DNA of 64,000 nucleotides, taken from contig NIVC01000814.1 in the NCBI GenBank assembly GCA_002269645.1, positions 310,001-374,000 of the forward strand, written 5' to 3'. The notes under the pieces were generated by a model. It was not told the origin of the DNA. It searched no databases and worked only from the letters and a program-made list of their open reading frames with translations. Below are positions 27,712 to 40,584 of this stretch, one piece after another. Each line of letters opens with the position of its first letter. Positions within the stretch are counted from its first letter, which is position 1. Source of the DNA: Macrostomum lignano (taxonomy: Eukaryota). The position numbers and the translations under genes are program-made.

Positions 27712-28110
27712 CTGGAAAATTTAGGAGCCGGTGGTTTGTAAATGCCTTTTAGCAATAAACTAGCAATCTAGCGCCCCCCTTCGGGGTGGCCAATAAGCAA
27801 GGGACGAATCCTTTAAAATGAAAAAAAATTCTTAGGGAGGGGGGCTAGGAATCGAATTCTCATTTTAATTCCAGGCTTATGTACCAATAAAACATGCTTG
27901 TGCAGAATTTTATAACAGACATTGAAATTCAACCATACTTGCCTTCTTTCAGAGCTACTTCTACCAGTATGCTTCAGTACGCTACCAGTACCCTTGTAAG
28001 CCTTGACATGTCAGCAATCCCCCCCACAAGCCTTAACATATCAACTCCCCCCTTGACATCTCAGCGATGCTCCCATAAGCCTTGAAATCTTAAAAAATCT
28101 GTCTACTTTC

Positions 28111-28140
28111 TAACCCTAACCCTAACCCTAACCCTAACCC
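28111..28140 (-). repeat. Interstitial telomere-like (TTAGGG)5
   Basis: TAACCC x5 on the + strand. Confidence 0.85.
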
Positions 28141-28979
28141 TAAAGCATTGAAATTTCAGTAATTCTCTCTAAGAGTCATTATAGCACTACTACAGCATTA
28201 TAGCGATTCCCTGCAAGCCTCGACATCGTAGGGATTCCCAAATGAATCTCTTAACTTCGACATGAAGCTTCTTTTATTTTTTTACATTACGCCTTTTCTA
28301 TCAGCGATCCCTCCCGTGAGGAGCCAACAAATAATGTAATAACTTTTTTCCAATAAACTACATGTAGCTTCTGACATTAGCCTTGACATCTCATTTATTC
28401 CCCCGTGAGCCTTGACATCTCAGCTATAGATAGATAGATAGATAGATTCCCCTCGTAAGCCTTGACATGTCAGCGATGCCCCCCATAAACCTTGAAATCT
28501 AAAAAATCCCCTGTTAACCTTGAAACCCGCTAAAATCTAACCCTCAACCCAAACCTGACGTAAACCTAACTTTCACCCAACCTAAAGCCTTGAAATCACA
28601 GCAATTCTTTTTCCCTAAGCCTTGGCATTTAAATGATTTCTTCTTTAAGAATCACAGCACTATAACGATTCCCTCCAAGCTTTGACATCGTAGCAATTCC
28701 CAAATGAATCTTTTAACTTTGACATGACTTTTATTTTATGTATACATAGTGCTCCTTTTATTTTTACATGACTCTTCTTCTATCAGCGCCCCCCCCACCG
28801 TGGCAAGCCAACAAAGAATACAATAAAAAAACTTAAGTAAAGTACATGTACTTTGAAGTAGCTTCTGACTTTTGCTTTAACATCTCAGAAACCCCCCTGT
28901 AATCTCAGTTATTCTCTGTGAGCCTTGACGTCTCAGTAATTCTCCCCAACACAGCACTATAGCTTCATTTAATTTTTAT

Positions 28980-30230
28980 ATGACACTTCTTTCATGTCTG
29001 ACATGACGCTTCTTTTGATTTTTACATGACGATTCTTTTATTCTTCCATGATGCTTCTTAATTTTTTAAATGACACTTTCATTAGTTTTTATATGAGGCT
29101 TCTATGATTTTTTCATGACGCTTCTATGTTAACATGACTCTTCTATGCTTGTTTACATGACGCTTTTATGATTGTTTACATGACGCTTCTATGATTGTTT
29201 ACATGACGCTTGTATGATTGTTTACATGACGCTTCTATGATTTTTTACATGACGCTTCTATGATTTTTACATGACACTTCTATGATTTTTACATGACACT
29301 TCTATGATTTTTTCATGACGCTTCTATGATTTTTACATGACGCTTCTATGATTTTTACATGACGCTTCTATGATTTTTTATAACGCTTGTATGATTGTTT
29401 ACATGACGCTTCTATGATTGTTTAAATGACGCTTCTATGATTTTTTATGACGCTTTTATGATTGTTTACATGACGCTTCTATGATTGTTTACATGACGCT
29501 TCTATGATTGTTTACATGACGCTTCTATGATTTTTTATGACGCTTTTATGATTGTTTACATGACGCTTGTATGATTGTTTACATGACGCTTCTATGATTT
29601 TTACATGACGCTTCTATGATTTTTACATGACGCTTCTATGATTTTTTACATGACGCTTGTATGATTGTTTACATGACGCTTTTATGATTGTTTTCATGAC
29701 GCTTCTATGATTTTTACATGACGCTTCTATGATTTTTACATGACGCTTCTATGATTGTTTACATGACGCTTGTATGATTGTTTACATGACGCTTCTATGA
29801 TTTTTTTATGACGCTTTTATGATTTTAACATGACGCTTCTATGATTTTTTTACATGACGCTTCTATGATTGTTTACATGTCGCTTTTATGATTGTTTTCA
29901 TGACGCTTCTATGATTTTTACATGACGCTTCTATGATTTTTACATGACGCTTCTATGATTGTTTACATGACGCTTGTATGATTGTTTACATGACGCTTCT
30001 ATGATTTTTTTATGACGCTTTTATGATTTTAACATGACGCTTCTATGATTTTTTTACATGACGCTTCTATGATTGTTTACATGACACTTGTATGATTGTT
30101 TACATGACGCTTTTATGATTTTAACATGACGCTTCTATGATTTTTACATTACGCTTCTATGATTGCTTGCATGACGCTTCTATGATTTTTTACATAACGA
30201 TTCTATGATTTTTTACATTACGCTTCCATA
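28980..30230 (+). repeat. 22-23-bp minisatellite CATGACGCTTCTATGATTGTTTA
   Basis: Same period and same position next to the cassette as minisatellite A (CATGGTGGCTCTTTAATGTTTGA). Confidence 0.95.
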
Positions 30231-30379
30231 ATTTTTTTTGTCTTGGCGTTAAAAAGCTTTAATTAAAAAAACTCTACTCTCTAAAAATTCGAACCATCGT
30301 CCCTGCATTTAGCAGTTTAGTCTGTTTACCTCTAGGCTAGCTCTCATAAATTTTAGTCATTACCCCTAAATAGAAAATA

Positions 30380-33300
30380 TTCCCAAGACAGCAAGCATCC
30401 CCCCAGTAGCAAGCATCCCCTAATACTCCTAGCAAGCATCTACCCAGATAGCAAACATCTGCAGATAGCAAGCATCTTGCAGATAGCAAGCATAACCCAA
30501 ATAATGTAGAAGCATCCTTCCAGATAGCAATCATCCCCCAAATAATGTAGAAGCATCCTTCCAGATAGCAAGCATCCTGCACATAGCAAGAATCCCTAAA
30601 TAGCAAGCATCCCTGGATAGAAATAATCCTATACATGTAGCCAAGCTTATCAAGCGCAGTAATCCTTGGCTATCGAGTGCAGTAATTCTTGGTTTGCCAA
30701 GTGCAGTAAGTAATCCTTGGTTTATTAATAGCAATAATCCATGGCTTATCGAGTGCAGTAATCCTTGATTTATTAATAGCAATAATCCATGGCTTATCGA
30801 GTGCAGTAATTCTTGGTTCGCCAAGTGCAGTAAGTAATCCTTGGTTTATTAATAGCAATAATCCTTGGCTTATCGAGTGCAGTAATCCTTGGTTTATTAA
30901 TAGCAATAATCCTTGATAAATCGAGTGCAGTAATCCTTGGTTCGGGTTGCATTAATCCTTGGTTTATTAATAGCAATAGTCCTTGGCTTATCGAGTGCAG
31001 TAATCCTTGGTTTATTAATAGCAATAGTCCTTGGCTTATCGAGTGCAGTAATCCTTGGTTTATTAATAGCAATAATCCTTGATAAATCAAGTGCAGTAAT
31101 CCTTGGTTTATTAATAGCAATAATCCTTGATAAATCAAGTGCAGTAATCCTTGGTTTATTAATAGCAATAGTCCTTGGCTTATCGAGTGCAGTAATCCTT
31201 GGTTTATTAATAGCAATAATCCTTGATAAATCGAGTGCATTAATCCTTGGTTTATTAATAGCAATAGTCCTTGGCTTATCGAGTGCAGTAATCCTTGGTT
31301 TGCCAAGTGCAGTAATCCTTGGTTTATTAATAGCAATAATCCTTGGCTTATCGAGTGCAGTAATCCTTGGTTTATTAATAGCAATAATCCTTGGCTTATC
31401 GAGTGCAGTAATCCTTGGTTTGCCAAGTGCAGTAATCCTTGGTTTATTAATAGCAATAATCCTTGATAAATCAAGTGCAGTAATCCTTGGTTTATTAATA
31501 GCAATAGTCCTTGGCTTATCGAGTGCAGTAATCCTTGGTTTATTAATAGCAATAATCCTTGATAAATCGAGTGCATTAATCCTTGGTTTATTAATAGCAA
31601 TAGTCCTTGGCTTATCGAGTGCAGTAATCCTTGGTTTGCCAAGTGCAGTAATCCTTGGTTTATTAATAGCAATAATCCTTGGCTTATCGAGTGCAGTAAT
31701 CCTTGGTTTATTAATAGCAATAATCCTTGGCTTATCGAGTGCAGTAATCCTTGGTTTGCCAAGTGCAGTAATCCTTGGTTTATTAATAGCAATAGTCCTT
31801 GGCTTATCGAGTGCAGTAATCCTTGGTTTGCCAAGTGCAGTAATCCTTGGTTTATTAATAGCAATAATCCTTGGCTTATCGAGTGCAGTAATCCTTGGTT
31901 TATTAATAGCAATAATCCTTGGCTTATCGAGTGCAGTAATCCTTGGTTTGCCAAGTGCAGTAATCCTTGGTTTATTAATAGCAATAATCCTTGGCTTATC
32001 GAGTGCAGTAATCCTTGGTTTATTAATAGCAATAATCCTTGGCTTATCGAGTGCAGTAATCCTTGGTTTGCCAAGTGCAGTAATCCTTGGTTTATTAATA
32101 GCAATAACCCTTGGCTTATCGAGTGCAGTAATCCTTGGTTTATTAATAGCAATAATCCTTGATAAATCAAGTGCAGTAATCCTTGGTTTATTAATAGCAA
32201 TAATCCTTGATAAATCAAGTGCAGTAATCCTTGGTTTATTAATAGCAATAATCCTTGGCTTATCGAGTGCAGTAATCCTTGGTTTATTATTAGCAATAAT
32301 CCTTGGCTTATCGAGTGCAGTAATCCTTGGTTTGCCTAGTGCAGTAATCCTTGGTTTATTAATAGCAATAATCCTTGGCTTATCGAGTGCAGTAATCCTT
32401 GGTTTATTAATAGCAATAATCCTTGATTAATAAAGTGCATTAATCCTTGGTTTATTAATAGCAATAATCCTTGGCTTATCGAGTGCAGTAATCCTTGGTT
32501 TATTAATAGCAATAATCCTTGATTAATAAAGTGCATTAATCCTTGGTTTATTAATAGCAATAATCCTTGGCTTCTTGAGTGCAGTAATCCTTGGTTTATT
32601 AATAGCAATAATCCTTGGCTTATTGAGTGCAGTAATCCTTGGTTTGCCAGGAGCAATAGTCCTTGGTTTATCGAGTGCAGTAATCCTTGGTTTATTAATA
32701 GCAATAATCCTTGATTAATAAAGTGCATTAATCCTTGGTTTATTAATAGCAATAATCCTTGGCTTATCGAGTGCAGTAATCCTTGGTTTATTAATAGCAA
32801 TAATCCTTGATAAATCAAGTGCAGTAATCCTTGGTTTATTAATAGCAATAGTCCTTGGCTTATCGAGTGCAGTAATCCTTGGTTTGCTAAGTGCAGTAAT
32901 CCTTGGTTTATTAATAGCAATAATCCTTGGCTTATCGAGTGCAGTAATCCTTGGTTTGCCAAGTGCAGTAATCCTTGGTTTATTAATAGCAATAATCCTT
33001 GGCTTATCGAGTGCAGTAATCCTTGGTTTATTAATAGCAATAATCCTTGGCTTATCGAGTGCAGTAATCCTTGGTTTGCCAAGTGCAGTAATCCTCGGTT
33101 TATTAATAGCAATAATCCTTGGCTTATCGAGTGCAGTAATCCTTGGTTTATTAATAGCAATAATCCTCGGCTTATCGAGTGCAGTAATCGTTGGTTTATT
33201 AATAGCAATAATCCTTGGCTTATTGAGTGCAGTAATCCTTGGTTTGCCAGGAGCAATAGTCCTTGGTTTATCGAGTGCAGTAATCCTTGGTTTATTAATA

Positions 33301-36300
33301 GCAATAATCCTTGATTAATCAAGTGCATTAATCCTTGTTTTATTAATAGCAATAATCCTTGTCTTCTTGAGTGCAGTAATCCTTGGTTTATTAATAGCAA
33401 TAATCCTTGGCTTATCGAGTGCAGTAATCCTTGGTTTGCCAAGTGCAGTAATCCTTGGTTTATTAATAGCAATAATCCTTGGCTTATCGAGTGCAGTAAT
33501 CCTTGGTTTATTAATAGCAATAATCCTTGATTAATAAAGTGCATTAATCCTTGGTTTATTAATAGCAATAATCCTTGGCTTATTGAGTGCAGTAATCCTT
33601 GGTTTGCCAGGAGCAATAGTCCTTGGTTTATCGAGTGCAGTAATCCTTGGTTTATTAATAGCAATAATCCTTGATTAATCAAGTGCATTAATCCTTGTTT
33701 TATTAATAGCAATAATCCTTGACTTCTTGAGTGCAGTAATCCTTGGTTTGCCAAGAGCAATAGTCCTTGGTTTATCGAGTGCAGTAATCGTTGGTTTATT
33801 AATAGCAATAATCCTTGATTAATCAAGTGCATTAATCCTTGGTTTATTAATAGCAATAATCCTTGGCTTATTGAGTGCAGTAATCCTTGGTTTATTATTA
33901 GCAATAATCCTTGGCTTATCGAGTGCAATAATCCTTGGTTTATTAATAGCAATAATCCTTGGCTTATTGAGTGCAGTAATCCTTGGTTTATTAATAGCAA
34001 TAATCCTTGATAAATCGAGTGCATTAATCCTTGATTTATTAATAGCAATAGTCCTTGGCTTATCGAGTGCAGTAATCCTTGGTTTGCCAAGTGCAGTAAT
34101 CCTTGGTTTATTAATAGCAATAATCCTTGGCTTATCGAGTGCAGTAATCCTTGGTTTATTAATAGCAATAATCCTTGGCTTATCGAGTGCAGTAATCCTT
34201 GGTTTGCCAAGTGCAGTAATCCTCGGTTTATTAATAGCAATAATCCTTGGCTTATCGAGTGCAGTAATCCTTGGTTTATTAATAGCAATAATCCTTGGCT
34301 TATCGAGTGCAGTAATCGTTGGTTTATTAATAGCAATAATCCTTGGCTTATTGAGTGCAGTAATCCTTGGTTTGCCAGGAGCAATAGTCCTTGGTTTATC
34401 GAGTGCAGTAATCCTTGGTTTATTAATAGCAATAATCCTTGATTAATCAAGTGCATTAATCCTTGTTTTATTAATAGCAATAATCCTTGTCTTCTTGAGT
34501 GCAGTAATCCTTGGTTTATTAATAGCAATAATCCTTGGCTTATCGAGTGCAGTAATCCTTGGTTTGCCAAGTGCAGTAATCCTTGGTTTATTAATAGCAA
34601 TAATCCTTGGCTTATCGAGTGCAGTAATCCTTGGTTTATTAATAGCAATAATCCTTGATTAATAAAGTGCATTAATCCTTGGTTTATTAATAGCAATAAT
34701 CCTTGGCTTATTGAGTGCAGTAATCCTTGGTTTGCCAGGAGCAATAGTCCTTGGTTTATCGAGTGCAGTAATCCTTGGTTTATTAATAGCAATAATCCTT
34801 GATTAATCAAGTGCATTAATCCTTGTTTTATTAATAGCAATAATCCTTGACTTCTTGAGTGCAGTAATCCTTGGTTTGCCAAGAGCAATAGTCCTTGGTT
34901 TATCGAGTGCAGTAATCGTTGGTTTATTAATAGCAATAATCCTTGATTAATCAAGTGCATTAATCCTTGGTTTATTAATAGCAATAATCCTTGCTTATTG
35001 AGTGCAGTAATCCTTGGTTTATTATTAGCAATAATCCTTGGCTTATCGAGTGCAATAATCCTTGGTTTATTAATAGCAATAATCCTTGGCTTATTGAGTG
35101 CAGTAATCCTTGGTTTAATAATAGCAATAATCCTTGATAAATCGAGTGCATTAATCCTTGATTTATTAATAGCAATAGTCCTTGGCTTATCGAGTGCAGT
35201 AATCCTTGGTTTGCCAAGTGCAGTAATCCTTGGTTTATTAATAGCAATAATCCTTGGCTTATCGAGTGCAGTAATCCTTGGTTTATTAATAGCAATAATC
35301 CTTGGCTTATCGAGTGCAGTAATCCTTGGTTTGCCAAGTGCAGTAATCCTTGGTTTATTAATAGCAATAGTCCTTGGCTTATCGAGTGCAGTAATCCTTG
35401 GTTTGCCAAGTGCAGTAATCCTTGGTTTATAAATAGCAATAATCCTTGGCTTATCGAGTGAAGTAATCCTTGGTTTATTAATAGCAATAATCCTTGGCTT
35501 ATCGAGTGCAGTAATCCTTGGTTTATTAATAGCAATAATCCTTGATTAATAAAGTGCATTAATCCTTGGTTTATTAATAGCAATAATCCTTGGCTTATTG
35601 AGTGCAGTAATCCTTGGTTTATTAATAGCAATAATCCTTGGCTTATGGAGTGCAGTAATCTAAGTGTTTTTATTTAGCTTTTAATAAAAAAATTTACACT
35701 ACTACTTTTCAGACACTAATCTACTAATCATACACTTAGATTCGAACCCAGGTTGCTGCATTAGCAGTCTGGTCTGTTCAGCTCTAGGCTAGCTCTCATC
35801 GAAGTTATCAGTGAATTTGTACCACTTAAATAGTTCAACACTCACACAAAGTCAGGTAGAGTAAAAAGTCACGAAGCAGTTATGAGTTATGACATAATCA
35901 ATTTCTTAGGCAAGTCAGTACCAGTCTCTATAAAAGTTAACAATATGGTTACGCAATATAAATTGAGTACTGTGCTATGCTTTCACACTCAACGCTGTGA
36001 CGCAATTCAATTGAGTGTCTTGTGTATTGTGATGCAATCTATTTTAGAATCAGAATTCAACCAGTCAGTTTTTCTGCTAGCATTCTTACAATGCATTTCA
36101 ATGCTTGACCTTTGCAAAAAAGCATGTTTTTCGAATATTTAATCCTTTTAACATTGAGCAATTTCTTAGCCAAGATGCATGTACCGTCACGGAAAAATTT
36201 CTGATCGAACAGTGCAAGTTCGAAGAAAATCGGTCCAGCCATTCAGGAGAAAATCGATTTCGTACAAGCAAGCAAGCAAGATTTTCATTTTTAGTATATG

Positions 36301-36302
36301 GA
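30380..36302 (-). mobile_element. Helitron unit A (diverged; 3' end lost; carries a 5-kb 48-bp satellite)
   Basis: 5' TCCATATACTAAAAATG, a diverged core (35800-36302), cassette ~35685-35797, a short 18-bp array (30388-30620), no terminal hairpin. Confidence 0.75.
30640..35660 (+). repeat. 48-bp satellite (24+24 dimer: GAGTGCAGTAATCCTTGGTTTATT / AATAGCAATAATCCTTGGCTTATC) with interspersed 24-bp monomers
   Basis: Direct reading, ~5 kb. Confidence 0.97.
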
Positions 36303-39300
36303 CTAGCAATCTTCGCCCCCCGATGGGGGACATCTGGATAGAATCCTTGTTCTTTACAAATAACAAATAGACAGCGAAATAAAACCTTCAAGAAACAACA
36401 ACAGACATTCCCTCTAAAAACAAAACATCCCAAGACAGCAAGCATCCTCAGAAAGCATTCAAGCATCGATCCCCAAATAGCAAGCATCCCCCAGACTGCA
36501 AGCATCCCCCAGGTAGCAAGCATCCCCCAGATAGCAAGCATCCCCAGATAGCAAGCATTCCCCCAGACCCAGATAGCAAGCATTCCCCAGATAGCAAGCA
36601 TCCCCCCGATAGCAAGCACCGCCAGATAGCAAGCATCCCGCAGATAGCAAGCATTCCCTCAGACCCCATATAGCAAGCATCCCCAGTTCGCAAGCATCCC
36701 CCAGATCGCAAGCATCCCCAGACAGCAAGCAACCCCTGATAGCAAGCATAACCTGGATACAAAGATACCTTATAGATATCTAGCAACCCCCTCTCAGATA
36801 GCAAGTACCCTCCACCCACAAGAGCAAGCATCCCCCTGTAAGCAAGTATCCATCCTTAAAAAGCAAGCATCCACCAGAGAACAAGTTGCTAGTGCAACAA
36901 TTTCCTTAGCTTTATAATGGTTCCATTTTGTTTGGCATGACACTTCTTTTATGTTTGAAATAGGGTCTCTTTTTTGTTTAAAAAGGTGGTTCTTTAATGT
37001 TTGACATGGTAGCTCTTCTATGTTTGACATGGTAGCTCTTTTGTGTTTGACATGATAGCTCTTTAATGTTTCACATGATGGCTCTTTTATGTTTGACATG
37101 ATGGCTCTTTAATGTTTGACAAGGTGGCTCTTTTATATTTTACATGGTGGCTCTTTAATGTTTGACATGGTGGCTCTTTAATGTTCGCCATGGTGGCTCT
37201 TTAATGTTTGACATGGTGGCACTTTTATGTTTGACATGGTGGCTTTTTAATGTTCGCCATGGTGGCTCTTTAGTGTTTGACATGGTAGCTCTTTTATTTT
37301 TGACATGGTGGCTCTTTAATGTTCGCCATGGCTGCTCTGTAATGTTTGACATGGAGTCACGTATACGTTTGACATAGTGTCTCTTCTATGTTTTACATGG
37401 TGGCTATTCTGTGTTTGACATGGTGGCTCTTTAATGTTTAACCTGGTGGCTCTTTTATGTTTGACACGGCGGCTCTCTAATGTTTGACAAAGTGGCTATT
37501 TAATGTTCGAAATGGTGGCTCTTTACAGTTTGACATAAAGTCACATATATGTTTGACATGGTGGCTCTTTAATGTTTGACATGGTGGCTCTTCTATGTTT
37601 GACATGGTAGCTCCTTTGTGTTTGACATGATAGTTTTTTTATGTTTGACATGATGGCTCTTTAATGTTTGACATGGTGGCTCTTTAATGTTTGACACGGT
37701 GGCCCTTTAATATTCGACATGGTCACTCTTTAATGTTCGCCATGGTGGCTCTTTAATGTTTGACACGGTGGCCCTTTAATATTCGACATGGTGGCTCTTT
37801 AATGTTTGACACGGTGGCCCTTTAATATTCGACATGGTCGCTCTTTAATGTTCGCCATGGTGGCTCTTTAATGTTTGACATGGTGGCTCTTTTATGTTTG
37901 ACATGGTAACTCTTTAATGTTTGCCATGGTGGCTCTTTAATGTTTGACATGGTGGCACTTTTATGTTTGACATGGTGGCACTTTTATGTTTGACATGGTG
38001 GCTCTTTAATGTTCGCCATGGTGGCTCTTTAGTGTTTGACATAGAGTCACGTATACGTTTGACATAGTGTCTCTTCTATGTTTTACATAATGGCTATTCT
38101 GTGTTTGACATGGAGTCACGTATACGTTTGACAGTGTCTCTTTTATGTTTTACATGGTGGCTATTCTGTGTTTGACATGATAGCTCTTTAATGTTTGACA
38201 TGGTGGCTCTTTAATGTTTGACATGGAATCACGTATATTTTTGACATAATGGCACTTTTATGTTTGACATGGTGGCTCTTTTATGTTTGACATTGTTGCT
38301 CTTTTATGTTTGGCATGGTGGCTCTTTTATGTTTGACATCGTTGCTCTTTTATGTTTGGCATGGTGGCTCTTAAATGTTCGACATGGTGGCTCTTAAATG
38401 TTTGGCATGGTGGCTCTTTTATATTTGGCATGGTGGCTCTTTAATGTCTGACATGGTGGCTCTTTAATGTTTTACATGGTGGCTCTTTAATGTTCGCCAT
38501 GGTGGCTCTTTAATGTTTGACATGGTGGCTCTTTTATGTTTGACATGGTGGCTCTTTTATGTTTGGCATGGTGGCTCTTAAATGTTCGCCATGATGGCTC
38601 TTTAATGTTTGACATGGTGGCTCTTTTATGTTTGACATGGTGGCTCTTTTATGTTTGACATGGTGGCTCTTTTATGTTTGACATGGTGGCCCTTTAATGT
38701 TCGCAATGGTGGCTCTTTAATGTTTGACATGGTGGCTCTTTTATGTTTTACAGGGTGGCTCTTTAATGTTCGCTATGGTGGCTCTTTAATGTTCGACATG
38801 GTGGCTCTTTAATGTTTGACATGGTGGCACTTTTATGTTTGACATGGTGGCTTTTTAATGTTCGCCATGGTGGCTCTTTAATGTTTGACATGGAGTCACT
38901 TATACGTTTGACATAGTGTCTCTTCTATGTTTGACATGGTGGCTATTTTGTGTTTGACATGATAGCTTTTTAATGTTTGACATGGTAGCTCTTTAATGTT
39001 CGCCATGGTGGCTCTTTTATGTTCAATACGGTGGCTTTAAATGTCTGACATGGTGGCTCTTTTATGTTTGACATGGTAACTCTTTAATGTTCGCCATGGT
39101 GGCTCTTTATTGTTTGACATGGTGGCTCTTTAATGTTTAACCTGGTGGCTCTTTTATGTTTGACACGGCGGCTCTCTAGTGTTTGACAAAGTGGCTATTT
39201 AATGTTCGAAATGGTGGCTCTTTAAAGTTTGACATAAAGTCACATATATGTTTGAGATGGTGGCTCTTAAATGTTCTTCATGGTGGCTCTTAAATGTTTG

Positions 39301-40584
39301 ACATGGTGGCTCTTTAATGTTCTTCATGGTGGCTCTTTAATATTCTACATGGTGGCTCTTTTATGTTCGACATGGTGGCTTTTTAATGTTTGACATGGTG
39401 GCTCTTTTATGTTTGACATGGTGGCTCTTTAATGTTTAACCTGGTGGCTCTTTTATGTTTGACACGGCGGCTTTCTAATGTTTGACAAAGTGGCTGTTTA
39501 ATGTTCGAAATGGTGGCTCTTTACAGTTTGACATAAAGTCACATATATGTTTGACATGGTGGCTCTTAAATGTTTGACATGGTGGCTCTTAAATGTTTGA
39601 CATGGTGGCTCTTAAATGTTTGACATGGTGGCTCTTAAATGTTAGACGTGGTGGCTTGTTTAGGTTTGACATGGTGGCTCTTCTATGTTTGAAATGGTGG
39701 CTTTTTAATCGTTGACATGGAGTCACGTATATGTTTGACATAGTGCTTATTTTTTGTTTGACATTGTAACTCTTTTACATTCAAAATGTTGGCTCCTTAA
39801 TGTTCGACATGGTGGCTCTTCTATGTTTAACATGGTGGTTCTTCTACATGTATGTTTGATATGGTGGCTCTTTAATGTTCGACATGGTGGCTCTTTTATG
39901 TTTGACATGGTGGCTCTTTAATGTTTGGCATGGTGGCTCTTTAATGTTCGACATGGTGGCTCTTCTATGTTTGACATTGCGCTTCTATTATGTTTAGCAG
40001 TTTTGTTGTGTTTTTAAGGTGTTTTGACAAAAAAATCTTTTTGCACTACTAAGATTCGAACCCAGGTCGCTACATTAGCATTCCAGTCTGTTCGCATCTT
40101 GGCTATCTCTTTTCAATTGGAGAACGTGAATTGTGGCCCTTATAACTCAATTCTTACAGCAAGTCAATTGAAGTAAAAAGTTATGACATAATCAATTTTT
40201 CAGTCAGCCAGTATCAGTCTCAATTTAAGTTAGCAATATGGTTACGCAATTTTAATCAAGTCGTGTGTGCATTTCTTCGACACTGTTTTCAACTTGTTGT
40301 GATGCAATCTTTATCACAATCGGAATTCAGCCAGTCAGTTTTTTCTCTAGCATTCTTACAATGCATTTCAAGTCGAAAATTTTGCTTGACCTTTGCAAAA
40401 AAGCATGTTTTTCGAATATTTAATCCCTTTATCATAGAGCAATTTCTTAGCCAAGATGCATGTACCGTCCCAGGAAAATTTCTGATCAAATGGTGCAAGT
40501 TTGAAGAAAATCGGTTGAGCCATTTTTTCTGAAATCTATCGCATACCTACCTACCCACAGACAACTCATTTTTAGTATATAGGA
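36303..40584 (-). mobile_element. Helitron unit B (4282 bp)
   Basis: Same layout: cassette 40029-40110, 23-bp array ~36940-39990, 18-bp array ~36430-36860. Confidence 0.88.

Larger units (their letters stand above)
27760..30380 (-). mobile_element. Helitron unit A0 (most diverged; 5' core lost)
   Basis: 3' end GGGGGGCGCTAGATTGCTAG|T, nearly identical to that of unit D; degenerate cassette 30265-30345; 22-23-bp array 28980-30230. Confidence 0.65.

Noticed and set aside
30794-35631. Very long Leu-rich ORFs (up to 882 aa) on both strands
   Set aside because: Translations of the 24/48-bp satellite, whose period is a multiple of 3; no start context, domain or splice structure.
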